From Spirochaetaceae bacterium (GTDB lineage Bacteria; Spirochaetota; Spirochaetia; Treponematales; Treponemataceae): DNA of 64,000 nucleotides. Where the stretch lies: positions 2,006-66,005 of the forward strand of contig JAGAOP010000016.1 in the NCBI GenBank assembly GCA_017623685.1, read 5' to 3'. Positions within the stretch are counted from its first letter, which is position 1, and each line of letters starts with the position of its first letter. Of the stretch, positions 19,601-27,052 are shown in pieces. A model generated the notes under the pieces. That model worked only from the letters and a program-made list of their open reading frames with translations. It had not been told where the DNA came from and made no database searches. The translations under genes and the position numbers were made by a program.

Positions 19601-20104
19601 AATACTTCTGTAAGAAAGAACCAATTCTTCTGCTTCTTGATCTTTTCCTGATAATAAAAGCTGTGGCAGTTGACCTGCAATACAAGCACTTAAACAAACA
19701 AGTCCCCCAGAATATTTTCGTATTAGTTCTTCATCTATGCGTGGTTTATAATACATTCCTTCTGTAAAAGAAAGAGAATTTAACATCATAAGATTGCAAT
19801 AACCTTCAACATTTTTTGCAATCAAAACTAAGTGATAATATTTATTTCCTTGTTCGGTACCCTTTCGTTCATGGCGGCTACCTCCAGCCACATAAAATTC
19901 ACATCCAACCAAAGGATTAATTCCTGCTTTATGACACTGTTGTTCAAACCGCAAAGCTCCAAACATATTTCCATGGTCTGTTAAAGCAAGGGCAGGCATA
20001 CCAAGTTCTTTGGCTCTAGAAATCAAATCTTTAATTTTTGCTGCACCATCTAATAGTGAATAATCCGAATGAACATGAAGATGAACGAAATCTGAAACAC
20101 CCAT
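16646..20104 (-). CDS. dnaE: DNA polymerase III alpha subunit
   Basis: PHP domain HLHVHSDYSLLDG, GPGRGSGAGS, MPDFDVD, YGFNKSHAAAY, C-terminal OB fold. Confidence 0.98.
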   Translation of the reverse strand: MGVSDFVHLHVHSDYSLLDGAAKIKDLISRAKELGMPALALTDHGNMFGALRFEQQCHKAGINPLVGCEFYVAGGSRHERKGTEQGNKYYHLVLIAKNVEGYCNLMMLNSLSFTEGMYYKPRIDEELIRKYSGGLVCLSACIAGQLPQLLLSGKDQEAEELVLSYRSIFGAENYYIELQDHGIEEQKRVSPKLIALAKKHNIPMVVTNDIHYVLQEDYEAQDVLLCIGTKKTLNDPKRMKFDGTEFYMKTGEQMAALFPEYPEMIDNTYRIAQMCDLTIPQYTTAQLKDCLPVYQIPSGFKTQDEYVRHLVYTGLEKRYQVITDEIRQRAEYELGIIFQMGFSGYFLIVWDFINWAKQNDIPVGPGRGSGAGSIVAYAMAITDIDPLRYSLIFERFLNPERISMPDFDVDICFEGRQEVIEYTRRKYGDPQVGHIVTFGTLKAKAVIKDVGRVLNIPLSEVNMLTKLVPEGAKVSLKDAFEVNEKIPNSGQLAPYREDPKYKKLFDLCFKLEDVNRNTSLHASGIVIGKSQLSEWAPLYKDSKTGKVAVQYTMDIIEPCGLVKMDYLGLKTLTLIKHAQQLIHKKPGYENFDVNTVSETDEKTFKLFCNGQTSAVFQFESLGMQKVLKQAQPQKIEDLIALNALYRPGPMDYIPDFIQGKFNPSKIKYPDPCLKDILEETYGVMVYQEQVMQVAQRIAGYSLGGADMLRRAMGKKKPEVMVAEEAKFVEGAVKNGFSADHAREIFNIMVPFAGYGFNKSHAAAYSVVAYRTAYLKANFPAEFIAANLTNEISSTDKLPVYIAEGRAMGLEIEAPDINRSDKFFDVVDGKIVFGLMGIKGLGEGAADYIVSERKKNGPYQSFIDFLERTTSHEVNKKAVEVLVKTGAFDKLGQNRATLTVNMEMAMNYVERKLESTQFGQVSLFLDSGEKEFADFEFKQMEEFPFLERLEMEQECIGCYISGHPLDEHRNLIKTCSNISSMHLDRAQPDKQYQIIGLLKELNPIVTKSGKPMAFATLEDLNGTIPLVFFPKIWKDVSSLIQNDTLTALVGKIDNSKEAVSFLVDKVENISDLKSKQNWDVHIQLEKNFASEEQIYPIRDFLFGTSGNSCVYFHIDTNQGTHIIRANSQIKVPCTDSFLAELEQQPLVISVWKE

Positions 20105-20110
20105 AAGTAT

Positions 20111-20139
20111 ATATTACAAGGGCAAGGCTTTTTTTACAA
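20111..20139 (-). promoter_or_regulatory. Sigma70 promoter, leaderless architecture (dnaE-yggT-recG)
   Basis: TTGTAA-N17-TAATAT-N6-ATG; no SD. Confidence 0.65.
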
Positions 20140-20194
20140 GTGAAAAAACGAATTTTAATTCTCTGAGTAAATCTTGAAAATGAGCTTTTACAGT

Positions 20195-20223
20195 TTGACA
20201 TAATAAAAAAATTTACTTACACT
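20195..20223 (+). promoter_or_regulatory. Sigma70 promoter of gltA
   Basis: TTGACA-N17-TACACT. Confidence 0.75.
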
Positions 20224-20256
20224 TTGAACATAGAACCTTTATATTTTGGAGGAGTT

Positions 20257-21609
20257 ATGTCCGTGGATGAATTAATTCAAACTTATAGTGAATACGCTTA
20301 TGCTAGTAACATAATTAACTCTGAATTGTATGCAAAGTATGAAGTAAAACGTGGACTTCGGGATATAAGTGGAAAAGGTGTTTTAGCAGGCCTTACTGAA
20401 ATATCGGAGATATTAGCCTATCGAATTGAAGAAGGAGACTTAATTCCCTGCGAAGGCAAGTTGTTCTATCGTGGCTATGATATTGAAGATATAGTTAGAG
20501 GTTTTTTAAGCGAATCTAGATTTGGTTTTGAAGAAGTATGTTTTTTACTTCTAATGGGTCATTTACCAACCAACAAAGAATATACTGAATTTTGCAAATT
20601 ACTTTCTAGCCAGATGGCCTTGCCTGACGAATTTCTAAGAAATACCATTATGAATGCACCTGGTCACGACATGATGAATCAATTAGCAACTAGTATTCTT
20701 ACCCTTTATACCTATGATGAAAAAGCAGAAGACACTTCAATTCCTAACGTATTACGTCAATGTTTACAACTAATTGCTCAATTCCCTAGCTTAATGGTTT
20801 ATGGCTTTCAATCCTATGCATATTACTACAATAAACAAAGCTTAATTATTCACACACCAGAAAAAAAGCTTTCAATAGCAGAAAATATTTTGCATATGCT
20901 TCGACCAAATTCTAAATTTACAGCCCTAGAAGCAAAAATCTTAGACTTAGCCCTTGTTTTACACGCTGAGCATGGAGGAGGAAACAATTCAACTTTTACC
21001 ACCCATGTTGTTACTTCCTCAGGAACAGATACTTATTCTGCTATAGCTTCTTCTTTGTGTTCACTAAAGGGTCCAAAACATGGAGGTGCAAACATAAAAG
21101 TTGTTCAAATGTTTGAAGATATCAAAGCTTCTGTAAAAGACTGGAAAGATGAAGAAGAAATTTGTGCATACCTAGAAAAAATATTGAACAAAGAAGCCTT
21201 TGACAAAAGTGGATTAATTTATGGAATCGGGCACGCAGTTTATTCCCTTTCAGACCCTAGATCTTTAATTTTCCGTTCTCACGTAGAAGACCTAGCTAAA
21301 TCTAAAAACGCAACCGAAGAATATGAATTATATTCAAAAATTGAATCTCTGGCGCCACAAGTTATTAGCCACAAAAGAAAAATGTATAAAGGGGTTAGTG
21401 CAAACATAGACTTTTATTCAGGATTTGTATATAAACTGTTGGATTTACCTCCAGAGCTTTATACGCCACTTTTTGCCACAGCTAGAATTGCAGGCTGGTC
21501 AGCACATCGAATTGAAGAGCTGGCAAATAACGGCAAAATTATTCGTCCTGCCTATAAATCAGTTTCTGGACGAAAAGAATACACACCTATGAACCAAAGA
21601 AATCTTTAA
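20257..21609 (+). CDS. gltA: Citrate (Si)-synthase / 2-methylcitrate synthase family
   Basis: HAEHGGGNNST, GPKHGGAN, GIGHAVYSLSDPR, NIDFYSG, ARIAGWSAH; ATG at 20257 after SD GGAGGAG. Confidence 0.92.
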   Translation: MSVDELIQTYSEYAYASNIINSELYAKYEVKRGLRDISGKGVLAGLTEISEILAYRIEEGDLIPCEGKLFYRGYDIEDIVRGFLSESRFGFEEVCFLLLMGHLPTNKEYTEFCKLLSSQMALPDEFLRNTIMNAPGHDMMNQLATSILTLYTYDEKAEDTSIPNVLRQCLQLIAQFPSLMVYGFQSYAYYYNKQSLIIHTPEKKLSIAENILHMLRPNSKFTALEAKILDLALVLHAEHGGGNNSTFTTHVVTSSGTDTYSAIASSLCSLKGPKHGGANIKVVQMFEDIKASVKDWKDEEEICAYLEKILNKEAFDKSGLIYGIGHAVYSLSDPRSLIFRSHVEDLAKSKNATEEYELYSKIESLAPQVISHKRKMYKGVSANIDFYSGFVYKLLDLPPELYTPLFATARIAGWSAHRIEELANNGKIIRPAYKSVSGRKEYTPMNQRNL

Positions 21610-21627
21610 CTATAAAAGGAATAAACA

Positions 21628-22776
21628 ATGAACTTTAGCGAAGACTTACAAGAAAAAATTACTATTGCAGCAAAAAAAACAGTAAACGAAGTTTGCAAAG
21701 TAAAAAAAGGAGAAAATGTCCTTATCGTTACCAATCGAACCTTAAAAAATGGAATACCAGAAACAGAAATTATTTCTCAAGCAATTTATGATCAGTGTAT
21801 AGCACAAGAAGCAAATGCAATTCTGATTGTACAACCAGAAAAGGCTTCTATGGATTATGCCGACGCCGCAGTTATTGCCGCTTTAAAAACTGAACCGGAT
21901 GTATTTTTTTCTATCTCGGAAAATAAGCTAGGAAAAGATTCCCAGGCAATTAAAGAACCACTAGTTGCAGCAGACGGTTCAACCTATGACCATATGTTTG
22001 ACTATTTGTTACATGGTAAAAAAACTATGCGAGCAGTTTGGACTCCAGGAATCACTATTGATATGTTTTCTAGAACCGTGGATATCGATTACGCATTGCT
22101 AAAGGAAAGATGTGAAACCCTAAGCAAACTTTATGAAGGCGTTGAATCTGTACACGTTACAGCTCCCGCAGGAACAGACATAATTGTTCCTGTTGCAGGT
22201 AGAATTTCCATGATGGACGACGGAAATTTTTGTTATAGTGGAACCGGTGGAAATATTCCTGCTGGAGAAGTTTTTATTAGTCCTGTGGTTGGAGACGGCA
22301 AAGAAACAGGTTGCAATGGAAAAATTGTTTTTGACGGTTCAATGACGATTAATAAGGGGGACATGATTATTCAAACTCCTATTATTGTAGATGTAAAAGC
22401 AGGCTTTGTTACTACAATCACGGGCGGAATAGAAGCAGAAAAACTTCTGGACACCATAAATTGTGCCCAAGAAACTGCTTTACAAATGGAAAAAGAAGGC
22501 AAACTTCCTTCTGGACAAGGAGCAATTTATAGTCGTAATGCTAGAAACATTGGCGAACTGGGAATCGGATTAAATCCTGCCGCAAAGATTACTGGAAATA
22601 TGTTAGAAGACGAGAAAGCCTTTCGCACTTGCCACTTTGCCATTGGAGCAAACTACGATGGGGATGCCCCGTCTTTAATTCACTTAGATTGTGTTGTTAA
22701 AGACCCAACTATTATTTTCAACTATTCAGATGGAACATCTAAAACTGTACTTGAAAATGGAACATTAATTTTTTAA
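21628..22776 (+). CDS. Aminopeptidase, M29/thermophilic metalloprotease-like
   Basis: GNIPAGEVF, NIGELGIGLNP, LEDEK, HFAIGAN, IHLD. Confidence 0.8.
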   Translation: MNFSEDLQEKITIAAKKTVNEVCKVKKGENVLIVTNRTLKNGIPETEIISQAIYDQCIAQEANAILIVQPEKASMDYADAAVIAALKTEPDVFFSISENKLGKDSQAIKEPLVAADGSTYDHMFDYLLHGKKTMRAVWTPGITIDMFSRTVDIDYALLKERCETLSKLYEGVESVHVTAPAGTDIIVPVAGRISMMDDGNFCYSGTGGNIPAGEVFISPVVGDGKETGCNGKIVFDGSMTINKGDMIIQTPIIVDVKAGFVTTITGGIEAEKLLDTINCAQETALQMEKEGKLPSGQGAIYSRNARNIGELGIGLNPAAKITGNMLEDEKAFRTCHFAIGANYDGDAPSLIHLDCVVKDPTIIFNYSDGTSKTVLENGTLIF

Positions 22777-22790
22777 TTTCCACAAGTTAA

Positions 22791-22820
22791 AGGCAGATAA
22801 TCTTTTTTGATTATCTGTCT
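22791..22820. terminator. Hairpin after the gltA operon, overlapping the -35 of the next promoter
   Basis: aggcagataatc / gattatctgtct; TTGATT(22807)-N17-TATAAT(22830) promoter for the M16 protease overlaps it. Confidence 0.65.
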
Positions 22821-22853
22821 AATCTGCATTATAATAAAAAAAAAGGGTAAAAT

Positions 22854-25700
22854 ATGAAAAAAATCATTTTTAATTTATGGAAATTACTTTTTGGTGTGCT
22901 TTTCATAACCTTCAGTTTTTTCGGTTGTGCAAGCACTAAATCAGAAAATTTTTCTTCTGTACTGTTAGAACAAAATCCTGCAATAGTAAGTGGAAAACTT
23001 GACAATGGGATGTCCTATTATATTCAAGAAAATCACGATCCTAAAAACAGAATTCTTTTACGTCTTGTTATTGCCGCAGGTTCTAATATGGAAGAAGATG
23101 ACCAACTTGGAGTTGCCCATTTCGTTGAACATATGGCTTTTAACGGGTCAAAACACTTTGCTCAAAATCAATTAGTTGATTATTTTGAAAGTATCGGGAT
23201 GGTTTTCGGACCAGAAGTAAACGCTTATACTTCTTTCGATGAAACTGTATACATGCTTGAACTCCCAGCAGATAATGTCGAAGCCTTAGAAACAGGACTT
23301 GTTGTATTAAAAGACTGGGCAGATGGTCTTACTTTCGACCAAGAAGAATTGGACAAAGAAAGAGGCGTAGTAATTGAAGAATGGCGTTTAGGCAGAGGCC
23401 TTAGTGGCAGACTTCTCGATGCACAGACTCCTTTTTTACTCAAAGATTCTCGATATGCAAAACGAATTCCCATTGGTGATATGGAAATAATTGAAAATAT
23501 TCCCAGACAACGAGTTGTAGACTTTTACGAAAAATGGTATCGTCCAGAATTAATGTCCATCGTAATCGTTGGTGCAGCCGATGCAAAATATCTTGAACAA
23601 GCAGTTATACGGGTAATGTCAGATATTCCTGCTTCAGAAGAAACTTTAACAAGCCCTAATTTTTCAATTCCAAAGCAAAAAGAAGAAGCTGTCCTAATTT
23701 TCCGTGACAAAGAGCAGCCTTATTCCTTAATTCAAATCTTAGAACAAGTGGATTATAATCCAGTAAAAACAGAAGCTCAATTCCGAGATAATGTTATAAA
23801 TTCCATAGTTCTTAGCATATTAAATACTAGACTTTCAGATATTTCCCAATCTGAAAATGCTCCTTGGGTAGATTCTATAGCAAATTCTGTAAGTTTATCA
23901 AAAAATTCAACATTCAATATGGTTGGATTTGTACCTCAACCTGGTAATTTTCAAAAGGGACTTTCTACACTGCTAAATGAAGTGTTACGATACAAAAAAT
24001 TTGGTGCTGTACAAGAAGAACTTTCCAGGGAAAAAGAATTCTTAGAGAAACAAGTTGAACAAATTTATCTTACCAGAACAAATATTCCTTCTAGCCAGAT
24101 AGCAAGTCAGCTCATAAACCATGCTTTAACAGGAGCTGTCGTTTTATCTCCTCAAGAAATTTACAATTTATACAACAAAATATTACCTACAATTTCATTA
24201 AAAGATATAAATAAAGCCGCAAAAAATATTTTTACTAACACAGGGTTCCTTATGTTGGTACAGGCACCTTTAAATGCCACAGACATTCCTTCAGAAAAAG
24301 AACTTCTTCATCAGTGGAAAAATTACAAGCCCTCAGAGGAATTAAAACCCTATATCGATACCACCGAAAATAAACCTTGGCAAATCATTCCTGAAGAATT
24401 CGGAAGTGCAAAATTCATTGAATCTGACCCTAACACAAATATTGAAACTTACCAACTTTCCAATGGAGCAACTCTTTATTTGCTAAAAACAAATTTTAAG
24501 CCTAACGAAATAATTTTCGACTGTGTTAGTCCAGGCGGAGTTTCTCTTGTGGCAGACAAAGATGTTCCTTCCGCTTTATTTGCCACAGATTATGTTGCTG
24601 CTTCTGGGTTAAACAATTTATCTGCCACTGATTTACAAAAAAAATTAGCCGGCAAAAATGTAAACATAAATACATATATTGGAGACTACTCAGAAGGCTT
24701 AAGTGGAAATGCAGCTTCTAGGGATTTAGAAACCTTAATGCAACTAATTCACTTAAAATTTGTAGCTCCAAATTTCGCAGATACCGCATGGGATAATCTA
24801 ATGTCTCAAATTGAACTAATATCGGAAAGTAGAAATACTTCACCACAAAATGTGTTCGTTGATGAATTAAGAAAAGTTCTTTTTGGCGATGAAATTAGAA
24901 AAGCCGCAATCACTCCAGAATTTGCAAGTATGCTAGACAAAAACACTGCAAAAAAAATATACACAAAAAAATTTTCAAACCCAAGGGATTTTTCCTTTAT
25001 TTTTGTTGGAGATTTTGTCAAAGAGGAGCTCTTAGAATTAGCGAAAAGATATTTAGCTACAATTCCTGATTCTTCCAATCAAAAGGAAATTCCTGTGGAT
25101 AAAGAACCAGATTTTCCAAGTAGCAAAAAAATTGTAAAAGTTCAACGGGGAATGGAAGAGCAAAGTCAGGTTTTCCTTGCTTTCGGTGGAGAGCTTCCGG
25201 AAGTTTCACCAACTCAAAATATATATGAAAACCAAATGCTTTCAATATTAAAACAGTTATTAGAAATTCGTTTAAGAGAATCTATTCGCGAAGATATGGG
25301 AGGTTCTTATAACATTTCTGTTTTTGTAGAAATGATTCTTACCCCAAAAAGAGGCTATATGATTCAGATTTTCTTTGGCTGCCAACCAGGAAGAGAACAA
25401 GAATTAACAGATGCAATTTTTTCAGAAATAAATACTTTGCAACAAAACCTTTTAGATGATTCCTATATGACAAAACTAAAAGAATCTTATCGACGGGAAC
25501 AAGAAATTAATCTAAAAACCAATATATTTTGGGCAAGTGCAATTTCCACAAGTGTTTTAACTGGTATTCCTATAGAATCAATAGTTGCCCAAGAAAATAT
25601 TTTAGATTCTATTTCACCTCAAACCATGAGGCAATTAGCAACTAAATACTTAAATACGGATAATTATGTGTTAGGATTTTTAACTCCCGAAAGCCTATAA
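22854..25700 (+). CDS. pqqL: M16B zinc protease lipoprotein (PqqL-like)
   Basis: Inverted zincin AHFVEHMAFNGS, NAYTSFDETVY, ERGVVIEEWR, IREDMGGSY; lipobox FFGC. Confidence 0.88.
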   Translation: MKKIIFNLWKLLFGVLFITFSFFGCASTKSENFSSVLLEQNPAIVSGKLDNGMSYYIQENHDPKNRILLRLVIAAGSNMEEDDQLGVAHFVEHMAFNGSKHFAQNQLVDYFESIGMVFGPEVNAYTSFDETVYMLELPADNVEALETGLVVLKDWADGLTFDQEELDKERGVVIEEWRLGRGLSGRLLDAQTPFLLKDSRYAKRIPIGDMEIIENIPRQRVVDFYEKWYRPELMSIVIVGAADAKYLEQAVIRVMSDIPASEETLTSPNFSIPKQKEEAVLIFRDKEQPYSLIQILEQVDYNPVKTEAQFRDNVINSIVLSILNTRLSDISQSENAPWVDSIANSVSLSKNSTFNMVGFVPQPGNFQKGLSTLLNEVLRYKKFGAVQEELSREKEFLEKQVEQIYLTRTNIPSSQIASQLINHALTGAVVLSPQEIYNLYNKILPTISLKDINKAAKNIFTNTGFLMLVQAPLNATDIPSEKELLHQWKNYKPSEELKPYIDTTENKPWQIIPEEFGSAKFIESDPNTNIETYQLSNGATLYLLKTNFKPNEIIFDCVSPGGVSLVADKDVPSALFATDYVAASGLNNLSATDLQKKLAGKNVNINTYIGDYSEGLSGNAASRDLETLMQLIHLKFVAPNFADTAWDNLMSQIELISESRNTSPQNVFVDELRKVLFGDEIRKAAITPEFASMLDKNTAKKIYTKKFSNPRDFSFIFVGDFVKEELLELAKRYLATIPDSSNQKEIPVDKEPDFPSSKKIVKVQRGMEEQSQVFLAFGGELPEVSPTQNIYENQMLSILKQLLEIRLRESIREDMGGSYNISVFVEMILTPKRGYMIQIFFGCQPGREQELTDAIFSEINTLQQNLLDDSYMTKLKESYRREQEINLKTNIFWASAISTSVLTGIPIESIVAQENILDSISPQTMRQLATKYLNTDNYVLGFLTPESL

Positions 25701-25717
25701 TTTTATTGTGTATACAG

Positions 25718-25746
25718 TTGATTAAAGCTTTGTCATAGGATATTCT
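25718..25746 (+). promoter_or_regulatory. Sigma70 promoter, leaderless architecture (symporter)
   Basis: TTGATT-N17-TATTCT-N6-ATG; no SD. Confidence 0.7.
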
Positions 25747-25752
25747 AATAAT

Positions 25753-26982
25753 ATGAAAATTTGGATAAAATATATTATTGGAATTCTACTTGGATTTTTT
25801 GCCTCATGGATAATTCCGTTTGAAACAAGAACTTCTTCAGAAACTCTTGCTTTCTTAACGGAATTAGCAACAAGGTTTGGTAGATACACTATCTTACCAG
25901 TTTTGTTCTTTGGAGTTTCTACAGCTGTATTTAAACTTAGAAATTCTAAAAATTTGCTTCGCCCTACCTTTCATATTGTTTCTATAACTGTTGTTTCTGC
26001 TGTAATATTAGTTGCAGTAGGTCTTATTTCGATTTTGTTTGTAAAGTTACCCCATATTCCAATTTCAGCAGGAAAAATGGTTGTAACAGAACCTATCGAT
26101 ATAAAACAACTTATTCTTTCACTTTTCCCATATTCTGGATTTGAAGCATTACTTGACGGAATGTTTTTGCTACCACTTTTCCTTCTTGCAGGTTTAGCGG
26201 GAGCTGGATGTGCCGTGGACCCGATAGCATCTAAACCAACCATAAACTTATTTGATTCACTAGCTCGCATTTCATACAACATAATGGCTTTTTTTGTAGA
26301 TATGCTTGCCATAGGAATGATTGCAATTTCTTGCACCTGGTTTTTGGATGCCCAGTCAATATTCAAAAGTGGAATTTACACTTCACTAATAATAATGCTT
26401 TCCATAGATTTAATTATTATAACTTGTATAATTTATCCTTTAATAACCTTTTTCTACTGCAAAGGCTCCCATCCCTTTAAGGTTTTATACGCAAGCATTT
26501 GTCCAATACTTGTAGCTTTCTTTTCTGGAGATACAAATCTAACATTGCCCATTGCCTTGCGTCACGGTCACGAAAGCCTTGGAATCAAGCGACGAATAAA
26601 TGCTGTAACCTATCCTATTTTTTCAATTTTTGCACGGGGTGGAACGGCACTTGTTACTTCAATCTGCTTTGTTTTAATCCTAACTTCTTACTCAAAACTT
26701 AGTGTTTCCGTTTCAGATATTTTTTGGATTGCAGGAACATCCTTTGGTTTATCTTTCATCCTAGGTGAATTACCAATAGGTGGAACTTTCACAGCATTAA
26801 TTACAATGTGTGCAATGTACGGAAGAGGCTTTGAAACCGGCTATTTACTTTTGAAACCAGCAACATTTATCATTGGTTCTTTTGCAGCTGCTATAGACTG
26901 TGCAACGGCAATGTTCGGATCCTACATCACAGCCTACAAAATGAAAATGGTAGAAAATACAGATCTTCATCATTTTATTTAA
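25753..26982 (+). CDS. Dicarboxylate/amino acid:cation symporter family protein (divergent)
   Basis: Multi-TM protein; AFFSGDTNLTLP and FARGGTAL resemble the DAACS motifs AFxTxSSxxTLP and NMDGTAL. Confidence 0.75.
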   Translation: MKIWIKYIIGILLGFFASWIIPFETRTSSETLAFLTELATRFGRYTILPVLFFGVSTAVFKLRNSKNLLRPTFHIVSITVVSAVILVAVGLISILFVKLPHIPISAGKMVVTEPIDIKQLILSLFPYSGFEALLDGMFLLPLFLLAGLAGAGCAVDPIASKPTINLFDSLARISYNIMAFFVDMLAIGMIAISCTWFLDAQSIFKSGIYTSLIIMLSIDLIIITCIIYPLITFFYCKGSHPFKVLYASICPILVAFFSGDTNLTLPIALRHGHESLGIKRRINAVTYPIFSIFARGGTALVTSICFVLILTSYSKLSVSVSDIFWIAGTSFGLSFILGELPIGGTFTALITMCAMYGRGFETGYLLLKPATFIIGSFAAAIDCATAMFGSYITAYKMKMVENTDLHHFI

Positions 26983-26990
26983 TATTTTCA

Positions 26991-27052
26991 AAATGGTTCA
27001 AACCTAGAATTAGAAGCCCATTTGAATTACTTCTCTAGGTTTTGAACCATTT
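26991..27052. repeat. 18-bp inverted repeat spanning the ftsK stop codon
   Basis: aaatggttcaaacctaga (26991-27008) vs tctaggttttgaaccattt (27034-27052), one bulged base. Confidence 0.75.
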
